From contig JAUCBJ010007687.1 in assembly GCA_032718475.1 (NCBI GenBank), positions 1 through 64,000 of the forward strand: DNA of 64,000 nt. Direction: 5' to 3'. The notes below the pieces were generated by a model that was given only the letters and a program-made list of their open reading frames with translations, had not been told where the DNA came from and searched no databases. This document shows positions 22,408 to 34,133 of this stretch, piece by piece. The DNA comes from Nemertoderma westbladi (taxonomy: Eukaryota; Animalia; Xenacoelomorpha). The position numbers and the translations under genes are program-made. How positions within the stretch are numbered: the stretch's first letter is position 1; each line of letters starts with the position of its first letter.

Positions 22408-24110
22408 ATGGAGAAAGGGATACAAGGAGAGCCGAGATGGGGATATGATATCCAAGAGGAGGCAGCAGCGCCATTCGAAAGATTTGGAGCCAAGGATTAT
22501 ACTATATTTGGTATAAAGGAATTATCAGAAAGTACAGCGAAGCTCGCAAAGACAGCAATGCCTTTACTCGAGCAGGATTTAGCATATTTCGAGACGTGTA
22601 TCTTCGCTGTGCGGGATCTCTTATCGAAAGACCATCTATGTTTACATTGTTACCCTATGAAGGAGAACGTATTGTGGAAATTACGGATGAATCACGGCAG
22701 ACGCGCGCACCTATCGGTCACCTCGGTGATGATTTCAACGTAACTACTACGATCGCCGACGATCCTTTAGAGGAACTTCTTGAGATAGAAAGGAACCTCC
22801 CGAAGAAATCTCAGACGGAGATTCGACAACTTGAAGCAACAGATGCTATAGTTTGCATACAACCTTCAGAAACCTACCAACCCATAGACCCAGATGATTA
22901 CGATTATAGTGTGGGAGGAAGCGCTCGACCGATTGGAGATCTTATATACGAACGAGTGTGGTACCCTGCTAATACGATGTGTAGTAAATGTGGCGTCGCT
23001 GGACATCATATGGCAAAGTGCAGTGGAAAGCACATTACTACGACTCAGCTAATCTGTGGATGGTGTGGGGATCAAGGGTCTCATACCTTTTATACTTGCT
23101 GGAGATTTATGGCTCAGTGTACTTACTGCAATATAAAGGGACATCGAGCATCTGAATGCCAACTGAGAGATATACCTTATGAACACGAATCTGTAAAACT
23201 TGTGAGGAAGTTATTTGATGAGTGGGAAGATTTAGCCGATGAACATGTATCAGCACAAAGAAGACGGTTTCCGATGAGAGCGCATCTCGGATTTTGGGCG
23301 GTAAATCCTCAAACGATGATGTCGGAAGGATATATCTCCGCTATGCCCCAATATGACGAACTTATCGAGGTTGTTGATATTTTGCCCCACGACAGCGGAT
23401 TCCGAGTGGTGCGCGAGTATCTGTTACAGATTCACCCGGATAACAAAAACACGTGGAATTTTCAGAAAGTCGTAAATCGTATCACGTATGGTGAATTTGA
23501 TCGTTTCCGAACCGAAAAGCGGAATAAAGGAGCTTGGTTAACCGTCGCATGGGCGTACCGAGCCGCGTTTTACCACAAACGTATACGAGCGAGCGTATTC
23601 GAGGAAGAAGAGGTCCTAGAGGCGACGAATATACCAGCCACTCCGGTTGCGCCGTCTGCACGTCACCCTCGGGAGGACGGGCAGGGTAGGATCATACGGG
23701 TCCAGAAGGTGGGCCAACAATTAAAGAAAATTATTAATGTAGAAGAACGCAAGGGAGTTGAGCCGACCATTCGAGTTACTCGGGATACGGTATCACTTCC
23801 AAGAGAACCAGTAGGAGGATCGGGACATACACCAGCTGATCAACAGGGGGCGCAAGCTACTCTTGGGTCTGCGTCGTCCGCTTCTCACGCGTTCCCAGAC
23901 GTTCTACCAACTGTAGCGACAACTGATCGGTCACGAGGAATTGGTCGAGGTTTTGGGATGCCAAATAGACGAATTTGCGAGGAAATAGTTGCACCGTCTC
24001 TCAACGTCCCAAGTAAACCAGTGACTCGCCCCATTAGTCCCATATCGCGAGCAAAGTCACCTGTGCGCAGTTTTCGAGGACGCGGCAGGGCTCGATCAAC
24101 TAAGCGATAA
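22408..24110 (+). CDS. Accessory 3' ORF2 of element 1: triple zinc-knuckle protein with a basic RG tail; 22408-22743 and 22596-24110 are probably joined by a -1 frameshift near 22620
   Basis: CSKCGVAGHHMAKC, CGWCGDQGSHTFYTC and CTYCNIKGHRASEC; C-terminus RGRGRARSTKR. It lies between pol and the PPT and shows no signal peptide or transmembrane segment, so it is not env-like. Confidence 0.8.
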
Positions 24111-24705
24111 AAGGGAGGGCAAGGGTGGACGGAAGACTCGTGGGCCTTTCTTATGATTTGTGATTTATTTTGAATTATATGTTTTATATTTAGAAAACTT
24201 ATGCAATTTGTATTGTTCCGAATTTATGAAATTTAGAAAGTTTAGAAGGAACTTATATTTGAAAGATTTATGTTTCATATTTGAGATGCAAAGGTTTATA
24301 TTATTCTAAACTTATGCAGTTTATATCTATATTTAGTAAGACTACCCAAAAGAGAGTTTATATTTGTAAGAATTTATATTTATATTTGTAATTATTCCAA
24401 ACTTATGCAATCTACATTTAGGTACGAAAGTATTTGTAATTACTTGAATTTATGCAATATCTGAGATGCAATAGATTTATATTGGTGAATTTAATTTAGA
24501 TTTATATTGTACTTACTTGTAAAGCCTTAAATACGTAAAGTTTAAATTTGTAATTATTTTGTATCGAATCATTACGTAGAAAGGAAGTATTGTTTGAAAT
24601 TTAATTGTAAATATGTAAGTACGCCCTAAGTATTCTATAGTTTGATTGATTATTGGTGAAAACCGTATATTTTATGGACAATAATATCCTGTTTTCATGG
24701 AGCGG

Positions 24706-27594
24706 TATAGAATTATATTCCCTAAATGCCGTGGATTTTCAAAATTTTATTTTATTCGAATTAACTTTGTAAAGATTGCTTTGAGTTCTCATTCGTATTG
24801 GTTCTATCTATTATGCATCTATCGGTCAGGTGGTTCAGTAGCTCAGTTGGTAGAGCGTTGGAAATTATAAGTGTAGTAGGTATCGAGTTCGAATCCTAGT
24901 AAGTGCGAATTATTTTTTGTGCAGAATTTCAACTCATTTAAATTAACCGCTACAAATTAATTGCATTTGTCTGTACCAATAAGGCTGTAGTTATTTGATT
25001 GTAACCAATGTCGTGCAAGTTATATATTAGCTGGACCAATAAGCTATCTTTAAAACCTTGTTAGAACCCATAGAACAATCGAGAATTTTCTCGATTGATT
25101 GCAGCACAAATTTAGTATATAAAGGTGCGATTTCGTTCATTAGTTATCTCAATCTCAATCAATCACTGCAATTTCCATCATTCGCTTTCTGTCTTATTTC
25201 AGATTACATTGTTTATTGTATAATAGTTATTATATGTTTGTAATAAAGTCAGAAATACTAGTCACATCTCTCAGCCTTTCTATCTGTTTTAATATGGTTT
25301 CACTACGGTGAACAAACTCAGGGACAGGATGGCCAGCTAGAGATCGGGCCGCAGCAATGAACGGGAACATCACGGGAATGTAGACGAGAGACAACCCGCA
25401 ATACCATCTTAGAGTTATTCGCCCATCGCCTGAAAGGTTAGACAGCGTTCGATCCTTGCTACCTAAGTGTAAGACCAAAGATCAAAGGTAGACGTAGTGA
25501 CACGCTGCAAGCCTAAAATTACATCATAGGGACTGTACTGTCTTGATTCAGGGAAAACCGCAGTAGACCTTCATATTCCTACGGGGGGGGGAGGAGAGAG
25601 AGCAGATACTAGTAAGCAGATAGGACGTAGGCACACCGGTACAAGGCATACACATTGGTTAGGGTGCAGCAAACTGTACGCTTAACTCTTGCTAAGTACA
25701 GGTGTGTGTGCGACTATTTGCCGTACAACGGTGTCTATTACATCAGAACTTGTAGGCTAGAGGGTTGCTGTGTTTTCACCTGAATTGGGATTGTACCGTT
25801 CAGGCGGTAGGGCAGTTTACGCTAGGCGCAAATAAATTGAGGCTATCAGGGATATAATAACATCTACCGTGTCCCCGCCAACGCCCTAATAGGAAGTTAC
25901 CCGGACTACCTGGGTGACTAAAATTCTAGATAGGAGCCAGGATAGCTATTAGTACCCGTACGCCTACAGTAGTAAACTAACACATCTCTTCTTAGTATCA
26001 GGGACCTGGTACCTAAAATTGCCGAATTCTGGGCGTAGTATTAACCTTATGCCTGAATTTGAGTCCTGGAAATACGCAAGAGGGGAAGGAACCTTATTAT
26101 TCGTGAGTATTGGACCTACAAGTTATAAACGAGACTTAGAGTCAATGACCCCCCCCCACCTCTCCACAAACTCACATTAGTTATATTTAATTGTTTTCCT
26201 TTTATAGTCGCACATCAATATTTATTTTTATCGCATTTTATCTTATTTTACTTATCTACTTATTTTTCACTTGATCTACTTATTTTTATGTAACTTACAG
26301 TATAATCTCTTACCAATCGTTCGTATTTTTAAATAGACCCAAATGGTGCAACTGTTATTTCTTAAATAATCCAATTCATATGCAATATTTTATTTTAATT
26401 AAATCCATCAGTTCTACATACCAAACTGTTTCTATACAACGATTTTATCGAATATTTTAATTTTATTTTATATTTTATTTTAACCCTTAAAGCTTAAACT
26501 GTGTACTTATTTTCTCATCGTGTAGTGTTAGCTAATCCATGTAAATTTAAGTGTTCAAATGTCTTGATCTATTTTACATACCGTACTGTTTTTATAGCTA
26601 TGGATTATCTGATATTTTAAATTAATTTTATATTTTATTTTAACCCTTAAACTATCGATATTAGCCCTAACCGATATACTTGTATCCGATTTTATCGACT
26701 GATATGTAACTTTCGGTGTATACTCGTGATACTATATAGACTGTCATTTTATTGAATTTGTTTAGTAATTCTAATGTATATTTGTAATTTGCTGTGTATA
26801 CTCGTGATTTTATAGACGTCACTTCAACCCTTTAGCAAGCAAGACATTTTATTAGTAACCATTTTTATAAGAACACTATTTTAATTTAACTGCGTCCTTT
26901 TATGTTTCAATTGTTTTATATATGTTTTTGTCATTGTTTCGTAAACATGGTCGGTATTGGTCGCAGTACTTAATTACTTACCGGTACTGTTACAATTACT
27001 TTCAGTTGGACTTTCTTTTGGTGTGTACGGGTTCCATAAGCATTAGCTTTCTTATACCCAAACTATTAAACATTAAACATTAAACATTAAAATTAGAATA
27101 TTCGTAAAATGCACACCGTACCCAGTAATTATATATGTGAAGGAGCAAAACTGTTTTTGACCGATCAGAATTAACACACGCGCGTTAGAAATTATTTACA
27201 CCTCGAAATATATAAAATTAACTTAGTCCGTACTGTGCTTTGCCCGCTAGTTAGACATCTCCAAATCTGCTCTATACCTAGCTAGCGTCCCTTTGCCCAA
27301 CCATATAAATCACACCGCGGCAAAGTATACGAGCCCCTTAGTCCGTCAGTGAGTCAGCCTGATTTTAGGATTCGCTGCGCGGGATTTGTTTTATCGAAGT
27401 TTGTCTGCTCGTAGACTGTTTTCTGCCTCACCGGTTAAAAGAGATCGATACTGCAATATATTCGCTTACTTGGGGTTTACTGTTTTGGTGAGAAGGTCGG
27501 ATTTATGATTTGATTTACAAACTTTACAGTAGGATATTGCAGGTATTGTTACCGTCTCTTCCGATAGTAGGAATAGGCGTATCTCTCCAATTTA
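24706..27594 (+). repeat. 3' LTR of element 1, containing a ~960-bp insertion
   Basis: Starts TATAGAATTATATTCCC after GGAGCGG and ends CTCTCCAATTTA before the GTGGT TSD and the resumed satellite. Confidence 0.95.
26130..27087 (+). mobile_element. Non-LTR retroelement 3' end (L2/CR1-group-like) inserted in the 3' LTR
   Basis: Absent from the 5' LTR and AT-rich. Ends in a stem-loop GGGTTCCATAAG...CTTATACCC and a (CATTAAA)n tail. TAAA is duplicated at 26126-26129 and 27088-27091. Confidence 0.7.
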
Positions 27595-30409
27595 GTGGTT
27601 TATAAATTCGCCCGTGTTTGTTCTTTGTTTTGTGGTTTATAAATTCGCCCGTGTTTGTTCTTTGTTGTGTGGTTGATAAATTCGCCCGTGTTTGTTCTTT
27701 GTTTTGTGGTTTATAAATTCGCCCGTGTTTGTTCTTTGTTGTGTGGTTGATAAATTCGCCCGTGTTTGTTCTTTGTTGTGTGGTTTATAAATTCGCCCGT
27801 GTTTGTTCTTTGTTTTGTGGTTTATAAATTCGCCCGTGTTTGTTCTTTGTTTTGTGGTTTATAAATTCGCCCGTGTTTGTTCTTTGTTGTGTGGTTTATA
27901 AATTCGCCCGTGTTTGTTCTTTGTTGTGTGGTTTATAAATTCGCCCGTGTTTGTTCTTTGTTTTGTGGTTGATAAATTCGCCCGTGTTTGTTCTTTGTTG
28001 TGTGGTTTATAAATTCGCCCGTATTTGTTCTTTGTTTTGTGGTTGATAAATTCGCCCGTGTTTGTTCTTTGTTGTGTGGTTTATAAATTCGCCCGTGTTT
28101 GTTCTTTGTTTTGTGGTTTATAAATTCGCCCGTGTTTGTTCTTTGTTGTGTGGTTTATAAATTCGCCTGTGTTTGTTCTTTGTTGTGTGGTTTATAAATT
28201 CGCCCGTATTTGTTCTTTGTTTTGTGGTTTATAAATTCGCTCGTGTTTGTTCTTTGTTTTGTGGTTTATAAATTCGCCCGTGTTTGTTCTTTGTTGTGTG
28301 GTTTATAAATTCGCCCGTGTTTGTTCTTTGTTTTGTGGTTTATAAATTCGCCCGTGTTTGTTCTTTGTTTTGTGGTTTATAAATTCGCCCGTGTTTATTC
28401 TTTGTTTTGTGGTTTATAAATTCGCCCGTGTTTGTTCTTTGTTGTGTGGTTTATAAATTCGCCCGTGTTTGTTCTTTGTTTTGTGGTTGATAAATTCGCC
28501 CGTGGTTGTTCTTTGTTGTGTGGTTGATAAATTCGCCCGTGTTTATTCTTTGTTTTGTGGTTTATAAATTCGCCCGTGTTTGTTCTTTGTTTTGTGGTTT
28601 ATAAATTCTCCCGTGTTTGTTCTTTGTTGTGTGGTTAATAAATTCGCCCGTGTTTGTTCTTTGTTTTGTGGTTTATAAATTCGCCCGTGTTTGTTCTTTG
28701 TTGTGTGGTTTATAAATTCGCCCGTGTTTGTTCTTTGTTGTGTGGTTTATAAATTCGCCCGTGTTTGTTTTTTGTCTTGTGGTTTATAAATTCGCCAGTG
28801 TTTGTTCTTTGTTTTGTAGTTGATAAATTCGCCCGTGTTTGTTCTTTGTTGTGTGGTTTATAAATTCGCCCGTGTTTGTTCTTTGTTGTGTGGTTTATAA
28901 ATTCGCCCGTGTTTGTTCTTTGTTGTGTGGTTTATAAATTCGCCCGTGTTTGTTCTTTGTTGTGTGGTTTATAAATTCGCCCGTGTTTGTTCTTTGTTGT
29001 GTGGTTTATAAATTCGCCCGTGTTTGTTCTTTGTTTTGTGGTTTATAAATTCGCCCGTGTTTGTTCTTTGTTGTGTGGTTTATAAATTCGCCCGTGTTTG
29101 TTCTTTGTTGTGTGGTTTATAAATTCGCCCGTGTTTGTTCTTTGTTTTGTGGTTTATAAATTCGCCCGTGTTTGTTCTTTGTTGTGTGGTTTATAAATTC
29201 GCCCGTGTTTGTTCTTTGTTGTGTGGTTTATAAATTCGCCCGTGTTTGTTCTTTGTTGTGTGGTTTATAAATTCGCCCGTGTTTGTTCTTTGTTGTGTGG
29301 TTTATAAATTCGCCCGTGTTTGTTCTTTGTTGTGTGGTTTATAAATTCGCCCGTGTTTGTTCTTTGTTGTGTGGTTTATAAATTCGCCCGTGTTTGTTTT
29401 TTGTCTTGTGGTTTATAAATTCGCCAGTGTTTGTTCTTTGTTTTGTAGTTGATAAATTCGCCCGTGTTTGTTCTTTGTTGTGTGGTTTATAAATTCGCCC
29501 GTGTTTGTTCTTTGTTGTGTGGTTGATAAATTCGCCCGTGTTTATTCTTTGTTTTGTGGTTTATAAATTCGCCCGTGTTTGTTCTTTGTTTTGTGGTTTA
29601 TAAATTCTCCCGTGTTTGTTCTTTGTTGTGTGGTTAATAAATTCGCCCGTGTTTGTTCTTTGTTTTGTGGTTTATAAATTCGCCCGTGTTTGTTCTTTGT
29701 TGTGTGGTTTATAAATTCGCCCGTGTTTGTTCTTTGTTGTGTGGTTTATAAATTCGCCCGTGTTTGTTTTTTGTCTTGTGGTTTATAAATTCGCCAGTGT
29801 TTGTTCTTTGTTTTGTAGTTGATAAATTCGCCCGTGTTTGTTCTTTGTTGTGTGGTTTATAAATTCGCCCGTGTTTGTTCTTTGTTGTGTGGTTTATAAA
29901 TTCGCCCGTGTTTGTTCTTTGTTGTGTGGTTTATAAATTCGCCCGTGTTTGTTCTTTGTTTTGTGGTTGATAAATTCGCCCGTGGTTGTTCTTTGTTGTG
30001 TGGTTGATAAATTCGCCCGTGTTTATTCTTTGTTTTGTGGTTTATAAATTCGCCCGTGTTTGTTCTTTGTTTTGTGGTTTATAAATTCTCCCGTGTTTGT
30101 TCTTTGTTGTGTGGTTAATAAATTCGCCCGTGTTTGTTCTTTGTTTTGTGGTTTATAAATTCGCCCGTGTTTGTTCTTTGTTTTGTGGTTTATAAATTCG
30201 CCCGTGTTTGTTCTTTGTTTTGTGGTTTATAAATTCGCCCGTGTTTGTTCTTTGTTGTGTGGTTTGTAAATTCGCCCGTGTTTGTTCTTTGTTTTGTGTT
30301 TTATAAATTCGCCCGTGTTTGTTCTTTGTTTTGTGGTTTGTAAATTCGCCCGTGTTTGTTCTTTGTTGTGTGGTTTTTAAATTCGCCCGTGTTTGTTCTT
30401 TGTTGTGTG
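27595..30409. repeat. 37-bp satellite, right arm (~76 units)
   Basis: Same unit as the left arm, resuming in register after the TSD. Confidence 0.98.
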
Positions 30410-30754
30410 CCCCCCCCCCCCGTCTTAAAATTACAACCTAATATCCAAATTATAAAACTGTTTGGGTCTTTGGAAATTGAAGAGCAAGTAATATTAGGAA
30501 TTTATTTCCGACTATCTACGTACAATATCGACCTATTCTAGAGGTTGATTTCATTACTTTCACGCAATATTGTAAATACTAAGTTGTGACGAACTCCTAT
30601 TTAAAAAAAGTCGAGTGAAGTGGGGAGTGGTTAAACATTAGGGTTGAGCACAGTGTGTGGCACAGATTATGGTATTGACGAATGGGAGCCATGGGGAGGT
30701 ATATTGCGGACATACTTAAGGTATCAGGTAGTATTCCAGGTCAATCTTTTTCCT

Positions 30755-30890
30755 GGGCCGCTAGCGGAACGGTTAGAGCGTCAGACATCCATCTTGGAGG
30801 TCACCAGTTCGATCCCACCTGGATGTCATTGTCGATCTTGCCCGTGCCCAACCAAAGTGATAAAAATAGTCTACAATTCGTAGTCAGGTT
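30755..30890 (+). mobile_element. tRNA-derived SINE
   Basis: GGGCCGCTAGCGGAACGGTTAGAGCG (A box) ... GGAGGTCACCAGTTCGATCCC (B box), followed by a short non-tRNA body. Confidence 0.6.
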
Positions 30891-31497
30891 CTTTTTTGCT
30901 GGACTGTATAATATCATAATGGCAACTGAGCATTATGAATAAGTTGTTAGTGTAGGCCCTAATATATTTATATACAACATAGGGCCTACGGTACATGCAC
31001 CATATTTTATAATGTAACATTAATCATCACCATAGTACTGTAATAGAATATTACATATTACATTACATATTAATAATACATATGATAATAACGTATTTAG
31101 GCACTTAAGCAATAGGCTGTAGGCAAACACGTTCGGTGTGATATTAACCTAGATGAATGGGAGTAAACAAACGTCTCCAGGGGAAAATAGACATAATTAT
31201 GTAAATTTATTTCTCAAAATTGCTAAGTTGTGTTAACTAATTTTTCCTCTACTGTATTTATAACATGTGGTACACCAACGAGACATCAGATTTGGAACTC
31301 GGTGTGAGTTTTGTGATAGATCGGTAGTCAAGCATAATTATGGGCCCCTAACACCAGAACTTTAGTGATATTGGTACATTTTTATACCACTGTATAATCG
31401 TATAATTTTTATACACGATAATTTAACATACAGTAGGAGATGCATACTAACTGTACAATAGCAACACACACATTGTTTTAAAACCCACAACCATTAC

Positions 31498-32666
31498 TTA
31501 TACCCTAAAAATGGCTTTTATTTTCTTGGAAAGTTGATCACACAACTCTTCGCATAACTTTTTTACCGGGCCTGGTAGGAAACCCGCAGCCCTTCTACGC
31601 CTTCTCTTCCACCCAAAATCTGGAAGCTCAAAATCTGGAAGCTCAATATCTGGAATCTCAATTTCTGGAATTTGAATATTTGGAATTTTTTTAATCAATG
31701 CTAGTAATTTTTTGCATCCATCTTGAAGATCCTTCGGGAGTGTATCACAAAGAGCTTCAAGAAATAATTTAAGTTCTTGTTTTGATGCTCCACAAGCTTT
31801 TTTACACAGCGTGCCATCAATAGCTTCACAGAAGTCATTACAAAACTGTCTGCCCCTCGGGGTTCCCACCGCATTTGCTATTTTCATGCATTCGTTTTCG
31901 AGAGCTTTTGGCAGGTTGAGTTTCTTGCAATAACTTTTAAATTTCGGTATTGACGCGCATGCTGTTTTACATAGATTTCCTTTACAATATTGCTTACAAG
32001 CCCATTTGGCTATTTTACCGGTCATTAGTTTGACTAACTTCTCACAAGCCTTCTTACCATCCTTATCAGTAATTAGTTGACAATAAATCTTCATTTTATC
32101 CGCATTGTCGCACGCGGCCTCGCATAGATTACCGTCACAGTACTGCAAACACACCCATTGCGCAATGTCACCTTTCATTAGACTAGCTGCTAGTTCGCAA
32201 GCCTTTCTGGCCTCTTTGTTCGTAATTTTTTTGCAGTACTTTTTCATTTTAGCAGCGGACTTACAAGCTGCTCTGCACAGGTTCCCCTCGCAGTACTGCA
32301 GACATACCCACTGGCTGAGTTTACCACCCATTAAATTTGCTGCTTTCAAACAAGCTGTTCGTTTTGGTCCTTTCGGAAGCGCATTGCAAAACTTTTTCAT
32401 TTCTGCGCCAGACTTACATGCTAACTTACAAAGTTCACTCTCACAGAACTCCTTACAATCTTGTGTAGCCTCTTTCTTTTTATTTCCTTTCAAGGCTTTA
32501 GCTATTTTCTCACACTCGTCCCGAACTGGCTTTGGCAGGTTATTATTTTTACAAAACCAGGACATTAATTCCGCTGTTTCGCAGGCTTTTGTACAAAGGT
32601 TCAGTATGTACCCATCCTTTTTCTCTCTCTTCTTTTTATTTTTCTTCTTCTTCTTGGGTTCTAACG
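31498..32666 (-). CDS. Last exon of a Cys-rich gene: Lys-rich linker, ~6 cationic 6-Cys saposin-like repeats, acidic (I/L)P(D/E) repeat, KRRRRR site
   Basis: Acceptor TTTTTAG|CG at 32666, with the frame open for 389 codons to the stop at 31498. ~51-aa repeats such as LCKLACKSGAEMKKFCNALPKGPKRTACLKAANLMGGKLSQWVCLQYCEGN. LCDTLPKDLQDGCKKLL resembles the saposin helix-3 motif. Confidence 0.85.
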
Positions 32667-33725
32667 CTAAAAATAATAATTAACAGTTTACATAATATGT
32701 TTTAACTTTATCATTTTTAACAATTTAACATAATCCCCCATATTTACGAAGTGATAGATATGGTGGTACTGAGCGTGATCTGCCGATTTTACAAAACTCG
32801 GGGAACAAGTCCTATTGGCTATACTGTAGTTGTTTCTATACTAATAAACATCCAATCACGGAAACGCATTTGAACTGTAAAACTGTATTCTAGTAAACTT
32901 TGAATTTATATTTTGTTCCTTTTTCTGTGCTAAACATTTTTTACATAAAATAAGGTCAGCTAATAAAAAAAGTAATACGGATAAAAAATACTGCATAGTA
33001 CAACATTAAACAGTTATGCAGTAGCACTCTTATGAGACATGTATTGTATAGGCCTACAGTACTGTACTACTGTACAAAAAAGCCTCTTCTGTCCTGTCTC
33101 TGACTGTAGCCTACAGCCCAACTCTCTTTTTTTTTCAATTCAATAATTTTATTTTTCCTCCTGTATATAGAAATGTTAGTAATTGCACTTGACATTATTA
33201 ATTCTGTAAGTATAGCCTTAATTGTAAATTGTAGAAATTCTTAACTACTGTACAATGTATACTGACTACCGTAGATAGCGTGTAGCTTAAACAGTTAAAA
33301 GGCTAGTTATAGTGGGTCGCAGTCTCACAAATAAGGGATTCTTTTAGATATAAACTTTGTCACTCCTCCTACTGCTAAATATGTTTATGTGAGAGGGAAA
33401 ATAATATAAAAAAAGGAGACAGGGGGGAAACTGGACGCAAAACCCGCCTTGACGAATTAATATCCCGCCTCAATGTTAAATTCTCAATTTAGGGAAAAGA
33501 GCAGGTTACAGTGGCACGTTATTTAACCAAAACAATAAACTAAGCAAAATAGAACAGGTTACAGTTTTATTTTTGAAAGTATTCAACTGTTATTTGCGTC
33601 GAATTTCCCCTGGAGAGGGATACATTTTTATTTTTATTACGTCCCCCCTATCTGAAAAAAAGTAAATTAATACTGGAATTAATACAATTGTCAATAAATA
33701 GGCAGTTAGTAGATTTTTCACCAAC

Positions 33726-33874
33726 CGTTACATGTGTAGCAAGAAGCTTCGCAATGCGAATACATAAAGACCGGATTAATATCGCATTCGTTGATGGAAG
33801 CCCAGTATTCACAGTAGGAGTTGGAATCAATGTCAACACATTCTGGAAATATTTCAAACGGGTAATAAATGGCA
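33726..33874 (-). CDS. Upstream exon of the same gene encoding an ShKT domain (not in the ORF track)
   Basis: TTCAG|exon|GTTGGT translates to AIYYPFEIFPECVDIDSNSYCEYWASINECDINPVFMYSHCEASCYTCN, with the ShK 6-Cys/W/EC/M pattern. The phase-1 donor joins the 32666 acceptor in frame (G+CG = Ala). The first exon is not resolved. Confidence 0.85.
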
Positions 33875-33908
33875 CTGAATTAATTAAAACACTTATAGAT
33901 ACTGTATT

Positions 33909-34133
33909 TATTGCAATGTTCTAGAGTTAATATACGGAAACAACAACCTGAAGCGAATAAAACTGAATAATCACTGATGCCATTCCAAAAGCGAATTAAC
34001 CTGTATAATTACCGAGGCCGCCGTTATTATATTAGGTTAATTTGCTGAAAGAGGATTAGGCAGAAGTGATTATTACAGTTTTATTCGCTGAAGGTTTTTA
34101 TTTCCGTATTAATAACTCTAGAACATTGCAATA
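33909..34133. repeat. Imperfect inverted repeat with ~95-bp arms
   Basis: TATTGCAATGTTCTAGAGTTA...AATTAACCT versus AGGTTAATT...TAACTCTAGAACATTGCAATA. Confidence 0.75.

Larger units (their letters stand above)
10088..27594 (+). mobile_element. Full-length BEL/Pao LTR retrotransposon (element 1), inserted into the satellite, 5-bp TSD GTGGT
   Basis: Near-identical LTRs at 10088-12267 and 24706-27594. GTGGT lies at 10083-10087 and 27595-27599. PPT-like CATGGAGCGG precedes the 3' LTR. Pol order is PR-RT-RH-IN with Pao-type motifs. Confidence 0.96.

Noticed and set aside
22596-24110. ORF2 as an envelope gene
   Set aside because: No signal peptide, transmembrane segment or fusion-protein features; it has zinc knuckles instead.
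1257-30409. 37-bp repeats as a CRISPR array
   Set aside because: The units abut with no unique spacers, there are no cas genes, and the context is eukaryotic.
32105-32683. Plus-strand 192-aa ORF, and the many antisense or off-frame ORFs over the gag-pol regions
   Set aside because: These are shadows of real coding sequence on the other strand or frame.
33648-33924. ORF-track calls 33648-33875 (-) and 33688-33924 (+)
   Set aside because: Wrong frames; the splice-bounded ShKT exon in another minus-strand frame explains the region.
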